A DNA stretch of 64,000 nucleotides from Candidatus Latescibacterota bacterium. Lineage in GTDB: Bacteria; Latescibacterota; UBA2968; GCA-2709665. Location of the stretch: assembly GCA_965208835.1 (NCBI GenBank), contig OZ242358.1, forward strand, positions 2,304,001 to 2,368,000, written 5' to 3'. Positions 29,431 to 38,610 of this stretch are shown in pieces. A model generated the notes under the pieces. That model saw only the letters and a list, made by a program, of their open reading frames with translations. It was not told where the DNA came from and ran no database searches. Made by a program: the position numbers and the translations under genes. The number at the start of each line of letters is the position of its first letter. Within the stretch, counting starts at the first letter, position 1.

Positions 29431-31143
29431 TCAGTTCGGATCCGGGTGGTAGTCGACCTCGATCGATATCTCGTTTCCATCGCCGGGAATGGTCACGAGG
29501 CCGACGTGTTCACGGTATCGGACATCCTTGTCCGTACGAGCCGTTTTCCCGTCCACCCGGACCTCACCGACTGACCTGCCGGAGAACTGTTGCGGAATCT
29601 GGATGCGGAGATCGGGGTGTTGCGAACGGCCCTGCAGGTTGAATCTGAGTCTTGACCCGTTCCATCGCACGTCGGCGAAGCGCCAGGTATCGCGTGCGCT
29701 CCAGAAGGCCACCCACTGGTCGAATGACCAGATTGGCAGGCCTTTCCTGTTTGCCTGTCGAAGCAGTTCCCGGCCCTGTTCCTCCGAAAATTTCACCCAG
29801 TTTCCGGGATGGATACAGACGCCGTAAGGTGTGTGGAAACGGGTCGTTATATCCGTAAAAATGCGCTCGATCATGACCGAGAATACTGCCGGGGACAGCT
29901 TGTAAGAATAGTCCTGCGGGCCGAACATGCCGTCGTCTGTGAGGTGTGTATGCTGCTGATAGACATTGACGAGGCGCCCGTCCGGGTGGCAGAAGCGCAT
30001 GGGAAGCGCCGCGCCGAAGGACGCGTAGGGCGCGCATTCTCTGTCTTTCATGTAGGTCCCTGAGAAGTAGTTGCCGTCCATCTGCACGCCGAGTCTTTCC
30101 ATGACGTCCACGAGGTCCAGATAACCGGCCCATGCCGTGCAGTGATTGCGCACGGTACGCGCGGGAATCCGGAAGGTCTCCTCGAACAGGCGGATCTGGC
30201 GCTCAAATTCGGCAACGCGTTCCGATACGGGACGCCCATCCAGCGGGCGAAGGTTCGGGTGAGGTCCGATGTCGTGGCGTCTTGCGTATCTTGCCACGTC
30301 CCCGGGCGTGGATTTGGTGAGGTCGGGAATGATATACAGGCTCATGCGTCCCCCGGCGTCGGCGACGCCGTTGAACTCGTCTTCGTTAGACGCCACGTCG
30401 GCGTAGTCCTCGTCGCCGGAGTAGAGCAGGATGCCCCGTGCGGAGCGGGGAAGATGGGACAGAACGGGAACCGGCGCGGGCAGGTACCTGCGGGCCAGGT
30501 CTGCGAACAACCGCGAAAGCAGGTCGGCGTGGGGGATCCATCCGGCATCGTACGGGCCTGTGCGGGCGGCCATGTGCGTCGGCCTCGCGCAGCCATCCCC
30601 GTCGGGAATCCTTTCCGCGAGTTCGGGATCGCCCTGCCGCAGCAGAAGAACGCAACGGGGCAGGTCGAAGGCGAAGGAGACGATTCGACCGTCGCCGATC
30701 CGGGTCTCCGCAATGCCCGCGGTTTCGCCGCCATAGCGCCCCGGGTGAGACAGAAAGGCCAGTGGTTTCGCGGTTTCCGAAAGTTCCCACGTGTGAACAG
30801 ATCCCACGACCGGAACGAATTCGCCGGCCAGGCCGCCGGTGGGATACGCGACGTTGCGCAGACGCAGCGGCGGTTCTTTCGTGCCGCGCACCTTCAGTCC
30901 TGCGGCGCGCGCAAGCGCCCTTCCCGGGAGGAAGCAGAGAACCGTGCCTCCCCGCCGGGCGTAGTCGGACAGCGTGGCTTCGTCATGGTAAGCCGGACAC
31001 ACAAGCACCGGAAAATCGGCCGGTTCCAGTCCCGGTACCATGTCGTCGGAGACTGGCGCGAATAGGGGCAGACCCCAGGTCTTGAGAATCTCGGCGATGT
31101 AGTCCGAGAGTTTGGAACGGTTTGTAATTATGCCGATCTGCAT
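29431..31143 (-). CDS. Hypothetical protein with polysaccharide-deacetylase-like C-terminal domain
   Basis: SGDED, GPHP, RNH, IHP motifs; translationally coupled to neighbours. Confidence 0.6.
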   Translation of the reverse strand: MQIGIITNRSKLSDYIAEILKTWGLPLFAPVSDDMVPGLEPADFPVLVCPAYHDEATLSDYARRGGTVLCFLPGRALARAAGLKVRGTKEPPLRLRNVAYPTGGLAGEFVPVVGSVHTWELSETAKPLAFLSHPGRYGGETAGIAETRIGDGRIVSFAFDLPRCVLLLRQGDPELAERIPDGDGCARPTHMAARTGPYDAGWIPHADLLSRLFADLARRYLPAPVPVLSHLPRSARGILLYSGDEDYADVASNEDEFNGVADAGGRMSLYIIPDLTKSTPGDVARYARRHDIGPHPNLRPLDGRPVSERVAEFERQIRLFEETFRIPARTVRNHCTAWAGYLDLVDVMERLGVQMDGNYFSGTYMKDRECAPYASFGAALPMRFCHPDGRLVNVYQQHTHLTDDGMFGPQDYSYKLSPAVFSVMIERIFTDITTRFHTPYGVCIHPGNWVKFSEEQGRELLRQANRKGLPIWSFDQWVAFWSARDTWRFADVRWNGSRLRFNLQGRSQHPDLRIQIPQQFSGRSVGEVRVDGKTARTDKDVRYREHVGLVTIPGDGNEISIEVDYHPDPN

Positions 31144-32315
31144 CAGTCTGCTACCTCCGGCATGACGCCGTTGGCCCTGGCGTCCGTCGGACGAAATTCG
31201 GGCACTTTCATCGGCCTGACGCCGCAATCGATGGAGTCCGCCGCGAGGATGGCCGGTGCGGCTGTCTCGATCGCCCGGTAGACGTCGAACTCCAGGGCCT
31301 TGCCGTCGCGGACGGCGTCGCGGAATGCGGCGTGCACGTAATAGTCGGCGTCGCCGTGGCCGCTTGCGCGCGCCTCGGGCGCGGCGTCGGTACGCTCGAA
31401 ACGCCAGTCGACCTCGGCCATGTCGTGCATCTGGTCATCGGCCAGCCACATGAGCGGTCGTCCTCTCTGCGAACGCTTCCATTCAACGCTGCCCCTTGTG
31501 CCGAGTACCTGGTACCAGTGGTGACCCCGGCTGCTGGGGATTTTTTGTGTGAATCCGGCGGCCATCCGCAAAATCGCATCCTTTTCGGTTTTCATCAGCG
31601 CAACCTGGGTGTCGGGCTGGCCGATTTCGGGATGGGAATAGCTCGGCCCGTTCGTACTCATGGCCGTCACTTCCACCACACGGTCGTCCAGGACCCTGAG
31701 CATGGGGCTGAGTTCGTGAGGAAGGTAGTGGATGGGCGGCATTTCGTGAAGCCAGGTCGGCCTGGCGCCGGGGTGTTCGTCCAGCTGTTCTACCGTATGG
31801 AAGTTACCCGTATTCGGGTCCTGAAAGAACTGCCTCGTACCGTAGTAGCCGATATACTGGCCTTCGCAGAAGGTGACCCTGCCCAGCCGCCCCTGCGCCA
31901 CGAGGTCCCTCCATGTGTCCACGAAACCCCAGTACCTCGTTTGCTCGGCCAGGTGATAGACCAGACCGGTGCGTTCAATCTGGGTGACGATCCGCCAGCA
32001 GTCTTCCAGGGTATGGGCGGCGGGCACTTCGGAGTTCACGTGTTTTCCGGCTTCCAGGGCCATCGCCGCCATCGCGCCCTGTTCCCTGCAGCGGACGCAG
32101 AGGGCGATGGCGTCCACGTCGCGGTCGGCCAGGATGTCCTCGTACGCCGAATACGCGGTGGCCGGGTTATCAAGCGCGGCGAGCGCCCGTTCGTGCAGTG
32201 GCGCGATGGGGTCGCACACGGCCGTGATCCGGTAGCCGCGGAGGCGTTGGAGCAGACGGAGCCAGTGCAGGCCCCTGTGTCCAAGGCCGACGAGGCCAAC
32301 GCGAATGTCATCCAT
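31143..32315 (-). CDS. Gfo/Idh/MocA family oxidoreductase
   Basis: RVGLVGLGHRG, GKHVNSEVP, GHGDAD. Confidence 0.88.
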   Translation of the reverse strand: MDDIRVGLVGLGHRGLHWLRLLQRLRGYRITAVCDPIAPLHERALAALDNPATAYSAYEDILADRDVDAIALCVRCREQGAMAAMALEAGKHVNSEVPAAHTLEDCWRIVTQIERTGLVYHLAEQTRYWGFVDTWRDLVAQGRLGRVTFCEGQYIGYYGTRQFFQDPNTGNFHTVEQLDEHPGARPTWLHEMPPIHYLPHELSPMLRVLDDRVVEVTAMSTNGPSYSHPEIGQPDTQVALMKTEKDAILRMAAGFTQKIPSSRGHHWYQVLGTRGSVEWKRSQRGRPLMWLADDQMHDMAEVDWRFERTDAAPEARASGHGDADYYVHAAFRDAVRDGKALEFDVYRAIETAAPAILAADSIDCGVRPMKVPEFRPTDARANGVMPEVAD

Positions 32316-32326
32316 TGAATACTTCA

Positions 32327-32366
32327 GAACGAAAGAACGAGACTACGAGACTACGAAAGAACGAGA
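32327..32366. repeat. Five 8-bp tandem units (nnACGARA)
   Basis: gaacgaaa gaacgaga ctacgaga ctacgaaa gaacgaga; reverse complement of the 60809 array units. Confidence 0.75.
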
Positions 32367-32495
32367 CCACCTTCGCCGGGATCACGGGATCGAACCCGCG
32401 TTCGTCTGCGTTGGCTGGATTCAGACGAATATACGGATCTGCGACCGGCAGGCAAGCGCATCTTTTTCGCCGAACCGGCGTCGTTCCGGTTGAAC

Positions 32496-33722
32496 CTATT
32501 CGGGGCGCCGTCCTGGACCGGGATCGGATGCCCTGTGAAAATAGTAGAGTCCGATACCGCAGGCAACCGCACCCAGGGCGAAGACGGCACCGATCGCGAA
32601 GGGTAACGGAGTGCCCCAGTCGATGAGTTTTCCGCCGCCCAGGCTCCCGGACAGCATGCCGGCGCTCCATGCAACGTGCGCGCTGCCGACCACGCGACCC
32701 TCTTCGCCTTCACGGGCGGTCAGTTGGAGAATACCGGGCATGGTCGTGGAAAGGGACCACGCGAAAACGGAAGCCACGATCCCGAAGATGTACAGTCCCG
32801 CGAGCGTGTGCGCCGAAAACGCCAGGCCCACGGCGCTGACGGCCACGATCGAGGACGAGATTAAAACCGGTTTCCAGCGGCCGATACGATCGACCAGCCT
32901 GCCCGTGAGCAACTGCGACACGCAGGCGGCGACCAGGCTGATCGCGCTGTACGTGGTAACCGACGTGTTCGTCCCTGAGACCCGAAAGATGAGCAGGGGT
33001 ATGAGCAGCGTCACCGCGCCCCAGTAACTGGTGGGCAGGTACCGGATGGCCAGCAGCAGGCGTACCTCCCGCCGCCGGCAGAGGTCGACAAAGCCAGCCA
33101 GGGAACGCGTGGCCGATCTCTCGTTGTTTTCGCGACGAGGAAGGCTGGGCAACAGGACGAGGGACAGAACGACGATTCCTGCGGCGGTCGCGCAGGCCAG
33201 ATGCCCGAGGCGCTGATATCCCAGGTTGTCCGCAATGGGTCCGGCCAGCAGGTTTCCCGCGGCGCTGCCGAGCGTGCTGCTCAGGAAGTATCCGCCCGCA
33301 GCCATACCCAGGACCCGCGCATGAACCGCGCCCAGAAGATAGCTCTGCCCGCCCGTACTGCTGAAACCGAACGTCATGCCCAAGCCGATACATAAAGCCG
33401 AGAGGAGATAGGGGTCGCCGGTGAGAAAGATCGCGCCCGCCAGCAGCGGTCCGAACTGGCCCAGAATGAGTACCCGTTTGATACCGAAGGCATCGCACAG
33501 CATGCCGGCGGGAACCGAACAGAGTCCCCCCAGCATGAAGAAGAGTCCGCGCAGGCCCGCGGAGAACAGCGGGGACCGGTCAAGGCCGGCTTCCACGTAC
33601 ACCGGAAGGAGTGAGGAATAGAGGGGGGAGGAGACGAAACTGGCAAGGAAGGAAACGACGAGTAGGGCGACGAACCGGCGGTTCAGCAACTCATTGAGGC
33701 CTGAGGAGGATGGTTCGGACAT
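32496..33722 (-). CDS. MFS transporter
   Basis: About 12 TM; GMLCDAFGIKR and GRLVDRIGRW motif A. Confidence 0.88.
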   Translation of the reverse strand: MSEPSSSGLNELLNRRFVALLVVSFLASFVSSPLYSSLLPVYVEAGLDRSPLFSAGLRGLFFMLGGLCSVPAGMLCDAFGIKRVLILGQFGPLLAGAIFLTGDPYLLSALCIGLGMTFGFSSTGGQSYLLGAVHARVLGMAAGGYFLSSTLGSAAGNLLAGPIADNLGYQRLGHLACATAAGIVVLSLVLLPSLPRRENNERSATRSLAGFVDLCRRREVRLLLAIRYLPTSYWGAVTLLIPLLIFRVSGTNTSVTTYSAISLVAACVSQLLTGRLVDRIGRWKPVLISSSIVAVSAVGLAFSAHTLAGLYIFGIVASVFAWSLSTTMPGILQLTAREGEEGRVVGSAHVAWSAGMLSGSLGGGKLIDWGTPLPFAIGAVFALGAVACGIGLYYFHRASDPGPGRRPE

Positions 33723-33792
33723 TAATTGAACCGGATTATTGCGATTCGCGTTCGAAAGCGCTGGACAACAAATCGCGGCGAAATCATATTTA

Positions 33793-33893
33793 GCAGTCCG
33801 TTGATAAAGTTGCTCTGCAGGCGAGGCCGCGCAACGCAGTATCTCGACCGCAAGGGCCGGCCGCAGCCCGGATGGGCTTGTTCAATGGGCTGT
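33793..33893. repeat. Short MITE-like element with imperfect terminal repeats
   Basis: CAGTCCGTTGATAAAG ... CTTGTTCAATGGGCTG; internal GAGGCCGCGCAACGCAG core. Confidence 0.45.
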
Positions 33894-34062
33894 CAGGTGT
33901 GAATTTCAGGCCGGCCTATTATGGACGATCGCCGTCGCGTTGTCAACCCAAAAGCGTTTTCGGCGTCACTGCGGTTGCGGGCCGGCCCCGAAGCGGCGCA
34001 GGTCGTCTAAGTGCCGAAACGCGCGTGTCGGGTCGGCGGCAGGGGGTGCAAAGAGGTCCTGT

Positions 34063-34593
34063 ATGGAGAAAAGAGAAAAAAAGGTGGTACAGGGCTGGAC
34101 CGGCAGGTTTTATGAGGACTTCGCCGTGGGCGATGTCTATCGGAGCCGGTTCGGGAGAACGGTGACGGAGGCCGACAACCAGTTGTTTACGCACCTGACG
34201 CTGAATACCAATCCGCTTCACTTTGACGAGGCGTATGCCCGCGGCACGCGTTGGGGAAAGATCCTGGTGAACAGCACGTTTACGCTGGCGCTGGTGGTTG
34301 GCATGAGCGTGCCCGACGTAAGTGAGCGGGCGATGGCGAATCTGGGGTGGAGCGAAGTCCGGATTCCCAATCCGGTTTTCGTGGGAGATACGCTCTATTG
34401 CGAGACGGAGGTGCTCGCCAGGCGCGCGTCGAAGTCGTTTCCGGAAGCGGGCATTGTAAGGGTGCGGACCCGGGGAGTCAATCAGGACGGGCGCGTCGTG
34501 ATCGACCTGACGCGCAGTGTAATGATCTACAAGAGGGCGCACGCGCCGCCCGGAATAAACTTTCCCGAGATTCGCGAGGAGAAGGACGGGTGA
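34063..34593 (+). CDS. MaoC family (R)-hydratase
   Basis: YEDFAVGD, RTVTEADN, NPLHFD, NLGW, PVFVGDTL. Confidence 0.88.
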   Translation: MEKREKKVVQGWTGRFYEDFAVGDVYRSRFGRTVTEADNQLFTHLTLNTNPLHFDEAYARGTRWGKILVNSTFTLALVVGMSVPDVSERAMANLGWSEVRIPNPVFVGDTLYCETEVLARRASKSFPEAGIVRVRTRGVNQDGRVVIDLTRSVMIYKRAHAPPGINFPEIREEKDG

Positions 34594-35447
34594 ACGCGAT
34601 GCGGTCCTGGCTGTTTGTGCCGGGGCACCGGCAGCGGATGATCGAAAAGGCATTCGGTCTGTCGCCGGATGTCGTCATCCTGGATCTGGAAGACGGCGTC
34701 CCGCCGCGCAGTAAGGACGACGCGCGCGGGACGGTGGCTGCCGCGCTGGGGCGCGTCCCGGAAGGAGTGACTCCGTTCGTGAGGGTTCACGCGGCAGGGT
34801 CCCCGGAGTTGCGCGCTGATCTGCGGGCGCTCTCCGGAGCGGGTCTGCAGGGCCTCGTGTTGCCCAAGGTACAGGGTCCTGATGATGTGCTTGAAATGCA
34901 CCGGTGGCTCGACGAACACGAAACATCGGTAGATTTACCGTCCGGCACCCTCAGGCTGCAGGCGACAATTGAGAGCTCCGGGGGTCTGGTCCAGGCTCCG
35001 GCGATTGCAACCGCCACCCCCCGGCTGGCGGGGCTCATGTTCGGCGCGGAGGACTTCGCGCTCGATATGGGCCTTTTTTCGCAGCCGGGTCAGGGTCTGC
35101 TCGACTACGCCCGGTCGGCGCTGGCTGTCGCCGCGGCAAGCGGACGAATAACGGCCATAGACAAGGTCTTTACCGACGTCCGTGATTCTGACGGACTGGC
35201 CCTGGAAGCGCGGCGGGCCAGAAACCTCGGATTTTCCGGGAAAGCCGTGATCCACCCGGACCAGGTCAGCGCGGTGAATGAGATTTTCAGCCCCACGGGA
35301 GACGAGGTAACGCGGGCGAGGAGGATCGTCACGGCCTTCGGTTGCCAAACGGAAGGCGCCGCGGTCGTGGACGGCCGGATGGTCGACAGACCGGTCCTGG
35401 AACAGGCTCGAAGGATTCTGGACCGGCTCGGGGACGAACCTGCTTGA
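34590..35447 (+). CDS. CitE-like acyl-CoA lyase
   Basis: RSWLFVPG, LDLEDGV, LPKV, FGAEDF, GKAVIHPDQ, GRMVD; GTGA overlap with MaoC stop. Confidence 0.88.
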   Translation: MNAMRSWLFVPGHRQRMIEKAFGLSPDVVILDLEDGVPPRSKDDARGTVAAALGRVPEGVTPFVRVHAAGSPELRADLRALSGAGLQGLVLPKVQGPDDVLEMHRWLDEHETSVDLPSGTLRLQATIESSGGLVQAPAIATATPRLAGLMFGAEDFALDMGLFSQPGQGLLDYARSALAVAAASGRITAIDKVFTDVRDSDGLALEARRARNLGFSGKAVIHPDQVSAVNEIFSPTGDEVTRARRIVTAFGCQTEGAAVVDGRMVDRPVLEQARRILDRLGDEPA

Positions 35448-35518
35448 GCCGGAGCGGTTTTTTGGTTTCTTTCGCGTGAGGTTCAATTTCAAGTAGCTTC
35501 CACGGGCATGAGGGTCAC

Positions 35519-36724
35519 TTGCAGGAAAGACACCAGCACCCGCCGTTGAGCGGCATCAGGATTGTCTCGGTGGAGCAGTTCGGCGCCGGTCCGTGGGGGA
35601 CGATGATGCTCGCGGACCTGGGGGCGGAGATCATCAAGGTCGAAAACCCCGGGACGCGCGGCGATGTCGCGCGTTATGTGCCTCCGTATACCGCTGATCG
35701 CGACAGCCTGTATTTTCAAAGCTTCAATCGGAACAAGAAGAGCATAACGTTGAATTTACAACATCCGGAATCCAGGGAGGTACTGCATCGGCTGGTGAGG
35801 GTTTCGGACGGCGTTTTCAACAACCTGCGCGGGGACCTTCCCGCCCGGCTGGGCCTGGACTATCCGTCCCTGAGCGAGGTCAAGGCTTCGATCGTGTGCT
35901 GCTCGCTTTCGGCATTCGGGCGCAGCGGGTCTCGCGCGGACGAGCCGGGTTACGACTATCTGATGCAGGGCTATGCCGGCTGGATGAGCCTTACTGGAGA
36001 ACCGGACGGCCCGCCGACGAAAACAGGACTCTCCCTCGTGGACCTCGGCGCCGGCGCGATGGCGTCGCTGGGCATGGCCAGCGCAATCTTCCGCGCCAGG
36101 CAGACGGGGCTGGGTTGCGACGTGGACGTGAATCTGTTCGATACGGCGCTTGCGCATCTGGGATATGTCGGTGCGTGGCACCTGACCAGGGGCTATGAGG
36201 CGGAACGGACGCCCGATTCTTCCCATCCGTCGCAGATTCCGTCGCAGGTGGTGCCGACAAAAGACGGTTGGCTAGTGGTGATGTGCGCGAAGGAGAAGTT
36301 CTTCCGAAATCTCGTTTGCGTTCTCGGTGCGCCGGAACTGGCGGAGGACTCCCGGTTTCGCTCCTTTGAGGATCGCCTGGAAAACCGGGACACGCTGGTT
36401 CCGATTCTCAAGAACCGCTTCCGCGGGAAGACGACCGCCGACTGGCTTGCGCTGCTCAAGGGCAAGGTGCCCTGTGCGCCGGTGAACACCGTTGCGCAGG
36501 CCTTCGCCGACCCGCACGTGGCGGAGCACGACATGATTCTGGAGCTGCCGCATCCGGAGTTCGGCGCCGCCAGGGTCGTGGCAAGTCCTATAAAGGTCGA
36601 CGGCCCGTCGGTCGAACCCCGGCGCGGACCCTCGCTGGGAGAACACAACGAGCGGGTCCTGGGCGACTATCTGGGCTATTCGACCTCGGAGATCGAGAAA
36701 CTCCGCGGCGATGGCGCCATCTGA
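35519..36724 (+). CDS. Family III CoA-transferase (CaiB/BaiF)
   Basis: LADLGAEIIKVE, NRNKKS, PGYD, GEHN. Confidence 0.9.
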   Translation: MQERHQHPPLSGIRIVSVEQFGAGPWGTMMLADLGAEIIKVENPGTRGDVARYVPPYTADRDSLYFQSFNRNKKSITLNLQHPESREVLHRLVRVSDGVFNNLRGDLPARLGLDYPSLSEVKASIVCCSLSAFGRSGSRADEPGYDYLMQGYAGWMSLTGEPDGPPTKTGLSLVDLGAGAMASLGMASAIFRARQTGLGCDVDVNLFDTALAHLGYVGAWHLTRGYEAERTPDSSHPSQIPSQVVPTKDGWLVVMCAKEKFFRNLVCVLGAPELAEDSRFRSFEDRLENRDTLVPILKNRFRGKTTADWLALLKGKVPCAPVNTVAQAFADPHVAEHDMILELPHPEFGAARVVASPIKVDGPSVEPRRGPSLGEHNERVLGDYLGYSTSEIEKLRGDGAI

Positions 36725-36765
36725 GTCGTCGCATCCGGGACATCTCTCCCCGCCCGACCCACCAC

Positions 36766-37026
36766 CTGGTGAGAGGGGAGACGTTAGACGGGAGAGGGGG
36801 AGAAAACCGGGTAGACGGGAGACGCAAGACGGGAGAGATTTCCTGCCTTGTGAGGGTTCTTTTCGGGCCGAAGGCGAGAAGTTGCGAAATATCGGGCAAG
36901 GACTTCATCTACCGTCTTCCCTCTAACGTCTCCCCGCATTTCTTCTACCGTCTACCGGCTCCCGTCTCACCGCCTTTTGTCTTCCCTCTACCCGCATTCA
37001 GGCTTTTTGCTGCCAAAACTACGGTT
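36766..37026. repeat. Heptamer-flanked hairpin element copy 1
   Basis: AGACGGG-type units left, CCGTCT-type units right; core GAGAGATTTCCTGCCTTGTGAGG shared with 42143. Confidence 0.75.
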
Positions 37027-37064
37027 ATCCTTTATAGAAATGAGGCTAAAAGAATGGAGACCCC

Positions 37065-37910
37065 ATGGGCAATACGTTGACGCTTCCGGCGCACTATTAC
37101 CGCCAGCACGACGCGGACCTGGACGCCGACATTCCGGGACGCGGCTACGCGGGCTGGACCTCGCGAATGCTCGACGTGCCGCTTGAAAGGACGGCGCTGG
37201 TGAGCATGCACGCGTGGAATCCGGGTCTGGTGGACGCAATCCCTCCCGGCCCGGGGTCGCCGTACGACGGCTGGTTCCGTATGGTGGAATACCTGCCGAG
37301 GGCGATGAAGATCTCGCAGGACGTCTTTCCCCCGCTTCTGCAGGCGGCAAGGCAGGCCGGACTTTCCGTCATCCACGTCGCATCGAGCGAGAGCTATACC
37401 GCGTCGTACGACGAATACCAGCGTATCAAAGGGATGGCCGGGGAGGAGCCGCAGGCGGCGTGTGGCGCGGTGGAAGACCCGCTGAAGAAGCAGTGGCAGG
37501 CGGAACGGGGCAGGCAGATGACCGGCGCGCACAACCAGCCGGACATTTCGGCGGGGTTCAAACACATCGACTTTGCGCCCCAGGCGATTCCGGTAGCCGG
37601 CGAGCCGGTGGTGATCAATACCCATCAACTGAATGCGGTCTGCCGTGAGCGGGAAATCTGGCACCTGATCTATATCGGGTTTGCCGTCAACTGGTGTCTT
37701 CTCGCCAGCCCCGGTGGCATGGTCGATATGGGAAGGCTGGGGTACGTGTGCTCGACCATCCGGCAGGCGACAACGGCCGTTGAGAACGGGGAGAGTTGTA
37801 CCGAGGAATGGGCAAAGGAGATTGCGCTGTGGCGGGTCTCGCTGATGTTTGGCTACGTGTTCGACGTCGATCCGGTGATGGACGCGCTCAGTCAACTATC
37901 GGATGGGTGA
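37065..37910 (+). CDS. Isochorismatase-like cysteine hydrolase
   Basis: RTALV, AARQAGLSVIH, IYIGFAVNWC. Confidence 0.6.
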   Translation: MGNTLTLPAHYYRQHDADLDADIPGRGYAGWTSRMLDVPLERTALVSMHAWNPGLVDAIPPGPGSPYDGWFRMVEYLPRAMKISQDVFPPLLQAARQAGLSVIHVASSESYTASYDEYQRIKGMAGEEPQAACGAVEDPLKKQWQAERGRQMTGAHNQPDISAGFKHIDFAPQAIPVAGEPVVINTHQLNAVCREREIWHLIYIGFAVNWCLLASPGGMVDMGRLGYVCSTIRQATTAVENGESCTEEWAKEIALWRVSLMFGYVFDVDPVMDALSQLSDG

Positions 37911-37947
37911 CGGCTGGTTCGGCAGCCGATAAGCAGGGTGAAGCGGT

Positions 37948-38610
37948 CTACAGCGCCGTAACGAGCGCGATGGCCCCCACGACGAGCAGGGAGACCGCCC
38001 AGATCAGATCGAAGTTGATCCAGTTTCGCCGCAGCACGGCCAGCCCCAGTTTGCGGTAAACGACCCACGCGACGGCGCCCATCACGAGCCACATGGCGAA
38101 CGTATGGACGCCAACGGCCAGAACGACGTTGGCGGGCGGGTTTGCAACCGGCGCGCCATGGCCGTGGCCGGCGGTCGCCACACCCAGAAGGGCGGGAACG
38201 ACCATCAGTCCGGCGCCGTGTGCGGTGGCCATCAGAAACGACCAGGAGAAGAGGTCTCCGGGCCCTACCTTCATGCCCACCCAGCGTGGATGCCGGTAAT
38301 AGTTGAACAGCTTGTAGACCCCGAAGGCGATCAGCAGGAGGGCGGTTATCCACTGCACGGCGGACAGGGAAATGAAGTGGAGGCCCGCCAGCACGCAGGC
38401 GGCCACGAGGGCGACCGAGGCGGCGTGGCCGGCCGCGATGGGAAAGAGCGCGATCCAGACGGCGCGTCCGCTGTTCTGCTGGAGCCCCAGGGACAGGGCG
38501 AACAGCCAGCCCATGCCGGGATTCAGTCCGTGAAAGGCGCCGAAGCCGATCATCGCCAGCCACGGACCCAGCCAGTCAGGAAGGGTAGCAGAAAGAGTCG
38601 GTAGAGGCAT
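37948..38610 (-). CDS. His-motif membrane protein paired with SBP56 (start uncertain)
   Basis: FHGLNPGMGW, AAGH, MATAHG, VGVHT; about 6 TM; overlaps SBP56 3' end. Confidence 0.7.
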   Translation of the reverse strand: MPLPTLSATLPDWLGPWLAMIGFGAFHGLNPGMGWLFALSLGLQQNSGRAVWIALFPIAAGHAASVALVAACVLAGLHFISLSAVQWITALLLIAFGVYKLFNYYRHPRWVGMKVGPGDLFSWSFLMATAHGAGLMVVPALLGVATAGHGHGAPVANPPANVVLAVGVHTFAMWLVMGAVAWVVYRKLGLAVLRRNWINFDLIWAVSLLVVGAIALVTAL

